DNA of 64,000 bases. Origin: Octopus bimaculoides (Eukaryota). The stretch is taken from assembly GCF_001194135.2 (NCBI RefSeq), contig NC_068992.1, forward strand, positions 30,026,593 through 30,090,592, read 5' to 3'. The notes beneath the pieces are model-generated. The model saw only the letters and a list, made by a program, of their open reading frames with translations, had not been told where the DNA came from and made no database searches. The position numbers and the translations under genes were made by a program. Below, one piece after another: positions 38,328-50,766 of the stretch; position 1 is the stretch's first letter; each line of letters starts with the position of its first letter.

Positions 38328-41268
38328 CTAGATAACGTACTCGGTAATTCCTGGAAAAGTGGGGCTTATCCCTTGGTTCTGTTTTCATTATTGTTTCGCT
38401 AATCCAATAACAACAATACAAAGTATGTAACAAATAAAACGGTTTCTGTGCATTTACAGAGAATACCGAATTGTCTTACATAGGGTCTTGTTTTAGGAAA
38501 TCCCAAAAAGTTATGAATAACTAAATCGTGAAGTCAGTTACGTAATAACAGGCTAATCGGATATGAGATACTAACAACTCAAAGTAAATAACTCTGAAAG
38601 GGCTTTTGTGCGTTCCCAGAGAATAAAACCATTAGGGGCACAAGTGTTGAAATAGATTTACAATGAATGTTGAAATAGGCTTTTAGTTTTCAGTAGACGT
38701 ACAAATAAATTTGCATATAGTTTTAACATAAAATGTGTAGATTATCAATACATTTAAAACACTTACAAATATTACACTTAGATAATTAATACTTGATGGC
38801 TTGGGGAATCTTATTAAGTTTGCAGATCTTCTTGATAAACAACATTTTTGATTTTTCCTTGTGGGGCATAAATAAACAAATGATTAGGATTGCCGACTCT
38901 TGAGCATCCCACATAAATTTGGCCATGCGAGAAAACTGGTTCCGCAAGGTTTAGACTTACAGCATCCAAGGGCTGTCCCTGGGCCTTGTTAAGGCTCATT
39001 ATAAAGCTCAGTTTCAACGTGAATTGCAGTCGCATATCCGAAGGAGTAAGTGGAATCCTAGGAATGAATACTGGATCATCGATTTACCAATCAAAATTTC
39101 TGTTTCCAAGACTGTTGGCATCATCTTGTTTATTATAAACCGTATGGCATTGCAAAGCTTCGGTGGATAGAAGTTTCGAAGCAGCATAACTGGTGCCCAA
39201 CCTTGAGGTGGAAGATGTGAGGTGGGAGGCCGGGTGGTGTTTGACTATTCAAGAATTCAGTTGGATAATTCACAGCTCTATCGATGTTGAGTATATTGTT
39301 CATGGAATTGTAGATGTGACGCCCACCTGGAAACTGTTCCAGAAGCTTGATGTTCAAATCATCAACTGCCATATTCTTGGGAGCTAAAATGGCACGGGTT
39401 CTCAGGCAGTTGTGGTCTGTAATCTCATTCCTCAGGTTAGTAAACACCTTAATCTTTAGTTCCTTTAAATCAGATACCATATATCAAAAAGGCAAGCTTA
39501 TCCGGCCATGCTTCTCGCCATGTGGTGTGTCATTACCGACGTCCAACATTTTCTTTGAAAAAGCCTGCATCATCATCACTGAGCTGCAGTCTCATGTTGG
39601 TTGTGAGTCTCAGCTTTTGCACACTGATCCATAGGTAGGACGACTTGATGCTGGCATTTACCTCATCAGCTCTTGCCTCCTTTGGAACGACGGGAATGGT
39701 TTATCTGAAGTCTTCTGCAAGCAAGACTGGCACCTCCCATGAGCCTGGTGTTGTGTTGAGTTCCTGAAGGGCCATGTCAAGTGCTTCAAAGAAAACCTTA
39801 TGGCTCATTGTCGCCTCATCCCAGTGATCAACCTGCATTCACTCAGAAGTCTACATTTTATAGAACCATGATGCTGTAGTTTGCCTTCTCATTCTTGGAC
39901 AGGTCTAAAGAGAGTCTAAAACAGGAATGAGCTGTGCAGCCACACCTTAGCAGAGTTGGAGTTATTCAACTTGACGCCATTGCTATGGCATTTGTTTCAT
40001 TTGATGCAGTTTAGCCAGAAAAAGCTCGATGACAAATGTCTTGCAAGTTCAACCTGGAGCATCCAGAAAGCATCCACTTTCACTTTCAATGATCAAAATA
40101 ATGGTCTTATGAACACCCAGTTGTGTTCGTTATCAGCTATATACACCGTCATTTCCTCGATGTCATAGCTAATTCTTCTCAGGTGCTGAATTGCGAGAGT
40201 GCTGCCTACCCGGTTGAGGCAGACCAAATGTGTCAATGCCTTGACCTCCCATAGCTTGCACTCAGGTGTCCAGATCAAGTAATATCTCATTGTAAAAGGC
40301 GTTATCGAACGTGGCAATTTCTGCTGAAGTGTGCCTTTGAATCCTTTGTAGGATGTCCTCAGCCATGCTGGGTTTGTGGGTCGCCAAAAGCTTGAGAGGT
40401 TCACCCAAGCCACATGTTATCAACATGATAGAAAATAGCTGTCACAGTTGACTAGTGTCTGGTCCCAGTTAGCATCGTCCATATTTGGCGCAGGCTTATG
40501 TGTAGGTCGTGTAGACTTCCCCATTGTGTCTAGAAAGGCCTGACAATATGCAGCAGTAGACGCAGAAAGAAGCACTCCTGCTGATTAGGGTGCACAGTGT
40601 ACAACCGCATGATGAACCCGCTTCTGAAGACTGCATATTTTACCCCAGCTCTCAACGCGTGTTCCTTGCTTGCGGCTGTTTCAGCTATTGTGTGCCCAGG
40701 TATAGTACACGGGAACCTCAACATACAACAGTTTTCGGGAAAACAGATAACATTGGGATAATTTCAAGAAAGCTGTCAAAGAGGTTTCTGGTGGATTCAG
40801 AAATACTTTTCAAGCATTGTCTTCTGTGAAATATACACGCTGGCCATTATTGAGTTGCATGTCTCAATATTAACATGGGTAATGGGTTATAGGGTACGAT
40901 GCAACCTGTTGACAATTTCTATACTTTGTCCATTAACCTTGAACTTGGTAGTGTTTAGGGTGATCAAAGGAAATTGAATGTGTTGTTTCCCTTGACTAGG
41001 AAAACGAATGGATTATTTCCCTTGGCCGTTAAAGGAAAATATGTTGGATATATATGTGAAAACCTTCTAGGGTCCCTAGCCATCCCAATATAGTTTAATT
41101 AAACTTCAATGAGTCTAGTAACAAATTGGATGTTACATTAACATGTTTTCTAAGTTTCACGAAAATTCGTTAACGGCTGTAGACACAGACAGACATCCAA
41201 ACAGACAATTTGAGTTCATAAATTTATATGTATGTATGTATGTATGTATTTATGTGTGGATGGATGGA
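38328..41268 (-). mobile_element. Helitron (rolling-circle transposon), internally deleted, both termini present
   Basis: The 3' terminus is CTAG|T on the minus strand (38328-31), next to a (TA)n tract, with a degenerate GC hairpin (ctcggtaattcctgg, 38340-54) about 9 nt inside. The candidate 5' A|TC lies at about 41260-41268, after a typical (TGTA)n and acagacagacatccaaac subterminal region. RepHel coding remnants lie inside. Confidence 0.8.
38814..40935 (-). pseudogene. Helitron RepHel pseudogene (Rep C-terminal fragment plus PIF1-family helicase)
   Basis: Minus-strand motifs in order: IVPYNPL (40900-40880), HVNIETCNSI, NGQRVYF, PPETSLTAFLKL, LLYVEVPVYYTW, RLYTVHPNQQECFFLRLLLHIVR, Walker A LDAPG*TCKTF (about 40063-40037), AMASS*ITPTLLRCGCTAHS, WDEATMSHK (39823-39806) ..EALD, DFR*TIPVVP...KSSYLW, LTTNMR, YPTEFLNSQTPPGLPPH..LKVG, RLQFTLKLSFIMSLNKAQGQ...VFSHGQIYVGCSRV. 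Multiple stops and frameshifts. Confidence 0.93.
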
Positions 41269-41281
41269 TGTGCAATTCTCA

Positions 41282-41595
41282 GTGGTGGCGCAATGGCCCA
41301 GTGGTTAGGGCAGCGGACTCGTGGTCATAGGATCGCGGTTTCGATTCCCAGATCGGGCGTTGTGAGTGTTTATTGAGCGAAAACACCTAAAGCCCCACGA
41401 GGCTCCGGCAGGGGATGGTGGTGAAACCTGCTGTACTCTTTCACCACAACTTTGTCTCCCTCTTACTTCCTGTTTCTGTTGTGCCTGTAATTCAAAGGGT
41501 CAGCCTTGTCACCCTGTGTCACACTGAATATCCCCGAGAACTACGTTAAGGGTACACGTGTCTGTGGAGTGCTCAGCCACTTTCACGTTAAATTC
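41282..41595 (+). mobile_element. tRNA-derived SINE family B (head 1 + tail X), truncated by a gap
   Basis: A-box-like TGGCCCAGTGG, B-box-like GGTTTCGATTCC, CORE-like ttgagcgaaaacacctaa. The tail ccttgtcaccctgtgtcacactgaatatccccgagaactacgttaagggtacacgtgtctgtggagtgctcagccac is shared with 55751-56074. Confidence 0.85.
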
Positions 41596-44500
41596 NNNNN
41601 NNNNNNNNNNNNNNNNNNNNNNNNNNNNNNNNNNNNNNNNNNNNNNNNNNNNNNNNNNNNNNNNNNNNNNNNNNNNNNNNNNNNNNNNNNNNNNNNNNNN
41701 NNNNNNNNNNNNNNNNNNNNNNNNNNNNNNNNNNNNNNNNNNNNNNNNNNNNNNNNNNNNNNNNNNNNNNNNNNNNNNNNNNNNNNNNNNNNNNNNNNNN
41801 NNNNNNNNNNNNNNNNNNNNNNNNNNNNNNNNNNNNNNNNNNNNNNNNNNNNNNNNNNNNNNNNNATATATATATATATATATTCGCTCACAGATAATTA
41901 TAAGAGAAACTTAAAATGATATGCAAATACATATTTACAAGTTAACATAAATCACTTTAAAATTACCTTTGTTTTTTTTTCCTCTTTTGTTTTTAAAAAT
42001 TTCATTCAAAAATCATTCTGTTATTATGTATATTTGTAAAAGAAATTGAAGAAGTAGAAACAAATTGGAACGAACTATTCTTATTTTCAAATCTCTCTTT
42101 CACAATTACTAAATAACTAAATAAAATGTATTTTTCTTTCCGTACAACAGAATGTAACTGGTGGTTTCCTTTGGAAAAGAAACAGAATTGTTTTTATTAT
42201 CCATATTGAAATGCATGTTATTCATGGACCTTTTCACGCTTCGAACTCTCTTCACGATTTTGGTGCTCTGCTGTGCTGTTTCAAAAACATGCGAGACGAA
42301 ATAAGATAATTCGACGTTTAGAGGAGTGGCAGTCAATTGGCATTTGCTGAACAAAGTGTCTCTTTATATTTCCAGAAGACACCGTCATTATATGGATCTC
42401 TTAATTGTTTGTTAAGTTAAAGGAATTATAACCAAAAAAACAAATTGTAACATCACAATGTATGCCTTATTGTATCCTCTTTCAGTGTTTCGGAATTTTG
42501 ATTAAAAGGTTCTTCATCTGAGACATTGCTTTCATTCATGATAGCAGAGAAAGCGCACCATCATGTTTTAGATTCGATTTTAAATCGTTCCTCTCCATAC
42601 CATTACGGGAATCTAATGAATACTTCATTCTAAAAGTTGAGACATCTCTTAACAATAATAATGTTAGATGTGATATTTTAAGCATTGTTCAAATGTTGAC
42701 AGTAGCTAATTTAACTATCATAGTTAATATGTCATGGAATATGTTTGGTTTGAAAATACTGGTCATGATACAACTAACAATCAAATCTTGGTGTTTCCAC
42801 TTTCCACTTAAACTATCATTGCATATTTGAATCCAAGAAACCCAATCTAAATGAAACTTAAATACATTGTTCAATCATCCGCTCAGAACTTGGCTGCAAT
42901 GTTCTTGCTCATGTCTCAACTTTATCAGAAGTAATTCTTGGATAAACAATAACAGCCACAACAAAATAAGCATAAACAAGAGAATATAATTTGGGACCAG
43001 AAATTTATCATAGTGATTTGATTTCATTTGGAATTTTAAGGCTGTAAGTCGGAAGAGTAAAGCAGTAATAAACAAAGTCGGAAGAGTAAAGCAGTAATAA
43101 ACAAAAATAAAAGCAAAGCATCAATAAATAAAAATAAAATGATAACATATCTAATAGCTACATAACAGCCTATGCACCGCTTCGAAATATGTTACGTTGT
43201 TACTAGAATGTTTTTTTATATATTTATATTATTTTTTACATAACATTGTTTGTTTTCGCTTGTTTGCTCCAAATCTCTGGTAACAAAATATACTTGTTCC
43301 CTTAGGCTTTCATTTAACAGAAAGTGAATCGTTTTACATTATTAAAATCTAAACAAGAATCAGTTTGCAAGACGGTATAAAGTATAAAGTAACAACCATA
43401 TCAAAATACACAACTACAGAACTTACTTTCACATCAATTGTGATTAATGATGCCACATTGTGAAACACTAATTTAAACTGTTATTATTTAAACAACAGCG
43501 TTTATTGATTTAATATAAAATAACATGGAGGAAAAATAAACCTACAAATGGGTAGTTAATCGAAGCACTATGTTTAAACTATGTTTCCAAATTTATAACA
43601 TTGTTTGTTCTTTTCGAAGGCAACATCGAGACGAAGACCTCATTGATATTGAGTAATATTCTAGAGGTAAAATATGAACTCATATTTGTATTGAAAATTA
43701 TTATTTTCATATTTTGATGAACTAATATCCTAGGAAATGATATTGCTATGAACAGAAATGACACTATATAATATTTAATATTTCAGATTTAAAATATTAA
43801 ATATAAGGATATTTCCATGTAACATCCATTCCATAATATAAATAACATGTCAAACAGATATTCATAGAAATAACATATAATAATTTTCTGTTTCAAAATA
43901 GTTACTTTTGTAATAAAGATTATGCATGAAACACAGTTACATAATATTCATTTAATTTTAGAACTTTAGCTTATTTCTCTTAAGCACTAATCTTCTTAGG
44001 AATCAGCTTAACATTGAATAGTTGTATCAACTCAGAGACAAAAATTATATTTTGGTATTCCATATATGTCCATATTTATTTATTTGGTTTTGTGTTTGGG
44101 GATTCAGAAAGGAAAATAAATGTTTAAAAATTGCAATATTTTGCATTTAAGAGAACCGCAATATCTATAAACGGTTATTCGATTGCAGAAATAAGTGGAA
44201 TAATTATGGTTTGCATGAACACGTTCAGAATCCAAGGAAGGGTCATATAACATCAAATATGTTTATATAATTAAATTTGTCATAAAATATCAGAATTGTC
44301 TCTGGTAAACGAATGCGTGTTAAAAGTTGCTGATATATTAGATATTAATCATTTAAGAAAGAAATAACATGTGAAAAACCAATATAAGATTCAAAATAAA
44401 GAATGAAAATACTGTATAATAAATATAGATTAAGATAACCAACAATGAAATCCATTCGACAACATATTGTAACTATTAACTATACGCCACTAAAATTGAT

Positions 44501-45205
44501 TACTGCAAGCTATTCATACATGCAAACATTCAAACTTTGAATCAATGATATATTTTTGTTTCTCAAAATTCAAAGAGAATATAATACAAAAAGCAAATAG
44601 AAAAGCCAAAACCCTAACAATATCATGAAAGGCAAATGCGGTAAGAGACTGATGAAACGATGGCAACAAATATTTAAAAGCCAGCCAGCTTTTGTGATCG
44701 TGTGTTTGGACTCTGTGATAAGCTCACTACATGAGTAAAATGAAATGAATCGAAAATCGATTTGTATCTGTCATACTGTTATTGGATTATGGACGTGCGG
44801 TTGGTGATCTCATTAGCTTTGATATATGAAATCCCTCAATAAATTTCTTTATCTTTTTATCTTTCCCCTTCACTCTTTCTGTCTCATCCATTTCCTTTCT
44901 TTCTATTCATCTCTGTCTATTTCAGATCCTTTACGATATTCTCCAAGCTGAGTATCAATAAAATTCTGAGTTGTGATGAATGATATATTAAATATCAACA
45001 TGGCATTATTGATAATTGAAGAGAAAATATAGCAAGAAAAGTGTGGGGGAATATATATGTATAAATTTCTGCATTTATTTGTGTATCGGCATCTCTGTAT
45101 AAACGCGCTCATATTTACACACTCTTACATGGAATCACCAACCTGCAAATAAACACACACACACACACGCATACATATAGAAACACACACACAAACACAC
45201 ATATA

Positions 45206-45252
<47 letters not shown>

Positions 45253-47094
45253 CAGATATATATGTGTATGTGTGTGTGTACATATGTGGATGCATTCATA
45301 CATGCACAAACACATATGTATATGTATTCTAATGCATGACCAAAGTGGTCGTTAGAAATTATAGGTGGTTGCTATATATATATCACAATCTCATGAACTG
45401 CTATTAGGCATAGTGCAGTTCAGAGCAAAACTAATGCATTTGGGTATACCGTTATTCAGGTTTGAATCGCTAGGCGTGGGTGACTGTAGCAGTAAATATG
45501 ATGTTAATTTCGGTAGAAGTAATTTTTTATTTAACAGAGAGGCAACGTTGACCTACAAAAATGCAGCAACTTTAGGCTAGAAAAATATTACATGAGTATA
45601 TGTCTATTGTTCCCGAAAATATAACCTAGTGATGCACTTTGCTGTTTCTGTCATCCTGCTGTATTATAAGGATTTTCGGAAGAAAAAATTGGTTAACATA
45701 CACGGTCTGTTCTATTGTAAATATTGCGCAGTATGACATTTAATTCAGTGCTATTGAAACTTTGAAAAGAGTGAGCAACATATATCTGTAAGGAAAATAT
45801 ATGTGTTTGAGAATGTTTGCATAAATGCATGTAAGTACGTACGTATGTATGTATGTATGTATGTATGTATGTATGTATGTATGTATGTATATATGTACGA
45901 ATGTATANNNNNNNNNNNNNNNNNNNNNNNNNNNNNNNNNNNNNNNNNNNNNNNNNNNNNNNNNNNNNNNNNNNNNNNNNNNNNNNNNNNNNNNNNNNNN
46001 NNNNNNNNNNNNNNNNNNNNNNNNNNNNNNNNNNNNNNNNNNNNNNNNNNNNNNNNNNNNNNNNNNNNNNNNNNNNNNNNNNNNNNNNNNNNNNNNNNNN
46101 NNNNNNNNNNNNNNNNNNNNNNNNNNNNNNNNNNNNNNNNNNNNNNNNNNNNNNNNNNNNNNNNNNNNNNNNNNNNNNNNNNNNNNTTTATATATATATA
46201 AAGTGATGGAGAGAGAGAGAAACAAAGGAATGACAGAGAGAGGAAGAAAAATGAGAGAGAGAGAGAGACATACAGACAGACAGACGGACAGACAGAGGGA
46301 GAGACGTGAACACGAACACGTAGTCAGAATGTGCGATCTTGAGTTTTAATTTATTCGCTGAATTGAACTTCCCAATCAATTGAATTAGCGTATAACTGGT
46401 TGCAAACACCGCAAAAATGTGTGATTAAAGCGTGATTACATATACATCATATGTATAGATAAATATGTGTGTGTGTGTGTATTTGTGCGTAAACGTGTGG
46501 TTGAGCGTACGTGTGCGTGAGTATGTGTGTGTTTGTTTGTGCGTGAGTGTGTGTGCTTGTTTGGGATCTCCTACTTATGTGCAAGTCCACATGTGACTCC
46601 TGAAACGATATCACTGTACAATTGTTTGTAATTTAGTGAACAATAGGAAGACGTGTGCAAAATAAAACACGAGACATGTTGTACACATTGTTATGAATAC
46701 AGCTTTTGACAGCCTTCTTTCGCAGGGTTATTTACAACCGTCTGCATCCGTAATATTATGATATAATATCGAATATAAAGCAGTATTTATTACGCCAAAT
46801 ATCTATTCGTATAATATTTATTTCCAATAAGTAACGAAGCATAACCTATCTTTGTTTTACAGAAATGCTTGTCGTTTTTGATAAATATAAAAGATCGTTT
46901 TAAAACATATTTATGCCTAATAATTTTTCAGTTATTAGGCATAAATATATTAGATAGGGAAACACCAATAGTCATATAAGTGAAACGCATTACTTTCTGT
47001 TAGAGAGAAGTACAAAGACTTTTAACCATGTATTGTGTTCAACGCTGTATATCAAGAGGTAATATCTGTAAATCCTGCATTATATATTTTTCAG

Positions 47095-47145
47095 CACACA
47101 CACACACACACACACACATACACACACACACACACACACATACAC

Positions 47146-47175
<30 letters not shown>
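47095..47175. repeat. (CA)n microsatellite
   Basis: Directly visible. Confidence 0.95.
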
Positions 47176-47176
<1 letters not shown>

Positions 47177-47698
47177 AGATATTACATAATCACAAACTAA
47201 TAAGACAATCAAATATTCCTGATATTGCAATAGAAACACATTCACACTATTAGTTAAGTAGACTTAATTAATATATTTGTAGCTTTCTGTGTATGTATGC
47301 ATACGTATTATATATATACACACACAGGCACACACATATATATATATATGATAGAAATTTTATGTATACATATATATTTTATGTATATAAATATGTATGT
47401 GTATATGCGTGCACGTATATANNNNNNNNNNNNNNNNNNNNNNNNNNNNNNNNNNNNNNNNNNNNNNNNNNNNNNNNNNNNNNNNNNNNNNNNNNNNNNN
47501 NNNNNNNNNNNNNNNNNNNNNNNNNNNNNNNNNNNNNNNNNNNNNNNNNNNNNNNNNNNNNNNNNNNNNNNNNNNNNNNNNNNNNNNNNNNNNNNNNNNN
47601 NNNNNNNNNNNNNNNNNNNNNNNNNNNNNNNNNNNNNNNNNNNNNNNNNNNNNNNNNNNNNNNNNNNNNNNNNNNNNNNNNNNNNNNNNNNNNNNNNN

Positions 47699-47950
47699 GC
47701 GCAATGGCCCAATGGTTAGAGCACCGTTCGGAGGATCGCAATTTCAATTCTCAGATCGGGCGTTGTGTGTGTTTATTGAGCAAAACACCTAAAGCTCCAC
47801 TGTTTTACTTTTTCGTTCCAACTTTCTCTCATTCTTTCTTTCTGTTACTTGAGTAACACTGCGATGGACTGGCGTCCCATCCAGCTGGGGGGAACACATA
47901 CGCCATACGAACCGGGAAACCGGGCCCATGAACCTGGCTACGCTTTCATA
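47699..47950 (+). mobile_element. tRNA-derived SINE family B (head 1 + tail Y)
   Basis: The head is nearly identical to 41288-41395 (gcgcaatggccca.tggttag...agatcgggcgttgtg.gtgtttattgagc.aaaacacctaaagc). The tail differs: gcgatggactggcgtcccatccag...gaaaccgggcccatga. Confidence 0.8.
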
Positions 47951-48513
47951 GAGTGAAAATATATATATATACATTATTGAAAAATACCTTCTCTAGTTAT
48001 ATGAAGTCGATAAATTATTATTAAAGTGAAGGTGTGTTTAACAATTAACCTGTACCCCTGATGAGATAAGGGAAATTCAGCAGTATCTTCAATGAAAATT
48101 TCGCATTTAGAATTAATGCAGACATAGAAGTAGCTTATTTATTATTAATTACGATGATATAAACTATTTACATGTTTTGGGAATACTGAAAAAAATTTGT
48201 CGTAATTGCTTTACGATTATTGTTGAATGCAGTTCGTCATAATATTTTCCCATCATTTATATCCTTGTATTATCCTCATTCTTTTTCATAGTCTGTCATA
48301 GCACAAACCATATACAGTATATAGTAATTATATATATATACTGAATTTATATATATACCCTTATAGGGCTATTTTTTGCTGGAAATTAATACATTTGTAT
48401 TGAAATATTTTTCATTGATAACTTCTTCACTGTTCTCAGTTCTGTTAACGGCTGGGCGTTCGGGCGAGTATACTTGGCATTGATGTGGCAACATTTGAAA
48501 TAATGTCTAGGTA

Positions 48514-48586
48514 AATGCAGCTGATGAAGACTGATCAGATTTACGTTGTGAAACGTATTTGAAGAGTCTGAAACCGGTCCTGCATT
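48514..48586 (+). ncRNA. Type I hammerhead ribozyme (minimal palindromic helix III, extended helix II)
   Basis: Helix I is AATGCAG (48514-20) paired with CTGCATT (48580-86). Core CTGATGA is at 48521-27. Helix II is AGACT (48528-32)/AGTCT (48565-69), a GA/AG loop, TCAGA/TTTGA, a TT bulge, then TACGTT/AACGTA closed by a GTGA tetraloop. Core GAAA is at 48570-73. Helix III is the palindrome ACCGGT (48573-78). The cleavage triplet is GTC, with the predicted cut after 48579. All catalytic-core nucleotides are present. Confidence 0.88.
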
Positions 48587-48976
48587 ATCCTTAATCTGGG
48601 TTGTCCATTTTCGAATGTTCTTCCTACAGGTAAGACAAAAATTTTCATGTTTGCAAAAAGTTTTGCCAGTATTTTTGCCAGTATATACNNNNNNNNNNNN
48701 NNNNNNNNNNNNNNNNNNNNNNNNNNNNNNNNNNNNNNNNNNNNNNNNNNNNNNNNNNNNNNNNNNNNNNNNNNNNNNNNNNNNNNNNNNNNNNNNNNNN
48801 NNNNNNNNNNNNNNNNNNNNNNNNNNNNNNNNNNNNNNNNNNNNNNNNNNNNNNNNNNNNNNNNNNNNNNNNNNNNNNNNNNNNNNNNNNNNNNNNNNNN
48901 NNNNNNNNNNTATATGTACATACTATATGTAAATACATACATATGTATATATGTATATGCATGTGTGTGTACACAA

Positions 48977-49034
<58 letters not shown>

Positions 49035-50702
49035 TCTAATGATTATAATACATAGTTTTGAATATCTGGCTTTATACTCTATTTTATTGCCGGAAAACAT
49101 CATAAGACATGTTATATTAGCGATTTTGTTATATACCGCATTATATAATGGATAATACGTACAGCATCAAACACTGAAATACGCAAAAAATGTCTGGTGT
49201 GTTTTCAACCATTACATTTGTATGCAACGAAATTTCTCCATTTTAACAGTTTTACTAAATAGGAAACGAAGTTTGTATCGAATTGAACATAGAACATTCA
49301 GTTAATAAAAAAAGGAAGCAATAAAAGAAATTTGTAAAATACATGAAATTACTGTGTAATAATAAGCAAGTTTTGAATGAGACATAATATATCCATTAAA
49401 ATTGTCACTGCATATTGCGTCAACTATCATATTAAAAACTATGTATCAGATATCGCAAGATGCTTGGCAAAAGATGTCATAGAAATGGCTGAAATGAAAG
49501 GAAAAACTGTAAATATTGCATATGCAATCATATGACTTTCATGCGTTATATCAAGCATAAAACTCTAAAGTTTACTTCGTATATTCCACGAAATTATATC
49601 ACAAGCAGCAAATACCAACTTAGAAATACCGCAATATATAGATAAGCGATATTATATTGTTCGTTCAAAATAATATCATGCAAAATTTAATCTAACGTGG
49701 ATTCCTGAGGTACGTTATATGTTATCACATATATTGAAAACAGCTGCCATCAGACAATCTGGCATACATTGTATCAAACATCGGTAATTTTATAACTTAA
49801 AGTAAAATCATAAACCGGATACATATTAAAAAATACTTTCTCATACACAATGAGAAGGCTGAAAATGTTTCAATGAAACAAAATAAATAAATAAAACAGA
49901 AAACAAAAGAAAAATGAAGCTTTCAATACAATTGTCGTCCGCGCAAAACACTTTCCATGCAGTCTATTACCCCTACACGAAACCAGCTAAAATATAACAC
50001 ATTCAAGTATTATATTCTAGAGTATACAATTTAGTATCTCGAAGCAAATGATTTCTTTAAAAATATGAAACATTTCGATTCAGTAGTTTTCAACTGAACT
50101 ATTGACCCTTCTAAATCTATTGCTATCTATCAGATAAAGCTTTACCATGTTCTGAGAGCATTTGTATTAAACCATCGGACACATCTTCTATAAAGTTTGC
50201 AAGAAATTAGGTATCTTTGTATTCAAGAAATTATACGTAGAAACAAGCCCAAGGCAAGCTGGTGGTGCAGTTTTTGTTTACATAAGTCCAAATGAAGTTA
50301 TAATACTAGGAACCTGACAGTTATGAGACTGAGAGAACATTTTAGATAGAATGTGCAGAAGTTATTTCCTTTCAAACTAATGATTCGTCTGCAAACGTCA
50401 GATACCACTTGTTTCCAGGCACACAGTATTTAGAAACATGAACTTGAAATAAATCCAATATCTAACCTTGGTTTCCCTGCAGTTATATAAGCTCAAAGGT
50501 ATGGACAGTACGCACAATGACGGGGCCCCAGTATGGTAAAAGGATAAAAGAATAAAAGAATAAATCTTTCTTTCAGCAACAACAACTAAGCTATGTTACT
50601 GAAAAGCAAGGAAGTACGCTGATGAAAAGATGTAATAATAATTTTCTAGGATAGTATATTAATAAAGTACGAGTAACATTTTAACTATCAACTGTGGTAT
50701 CC

Positions 50703-50705
<3 letters not shown>

Positions 50706-50763
<58 letters not shown>
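50706..50763. repeat. (TA)n microsatellite
   Basis: Directly visible. Confidence 0.95.

Positions 50764-50766
<3 letters not shown>

Noticed and set aside
38355-38813. Helitron 3' region as a possible site for captured cargo such as a Fanzor/TnpB or a host exon
   Set aside because: Only about 460 bp of AT-rich sequence, with no ORF and no RuvC or zinc-finger motifs seen.
41282-41360. tRNA-like A/B boxes here and at 47699, 55751 and 19547
   Set aside because: No complete cloverleaf. Each continues into a repeated SINE body, so these are SINE heads rather than tRNA genes.
26520-41600. Two gaps (26527 and 41596) interrupt SINE tail X at the same cacgttaa.ttc motif
   Set aside because: Most simply an assembly-graph break in a high-copy repeat, not biology.
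42109-42354. 81-aa minus-strand ORF with a nearby acceptor-like tract
   Set aside because: No recognisable domain and no supporting exon structure.
43046-43103. 29-bp direct duplication, plus similar small ones at about 15370-15401 and 48660-48685
   Set aside because: Ordinary slippage duplications with no further structure.
48055-48095. CTGATGA...GAAA near the real hammerhead
   Set aside because: No helix I, II or III pairing, so it is treated as a chance core match.
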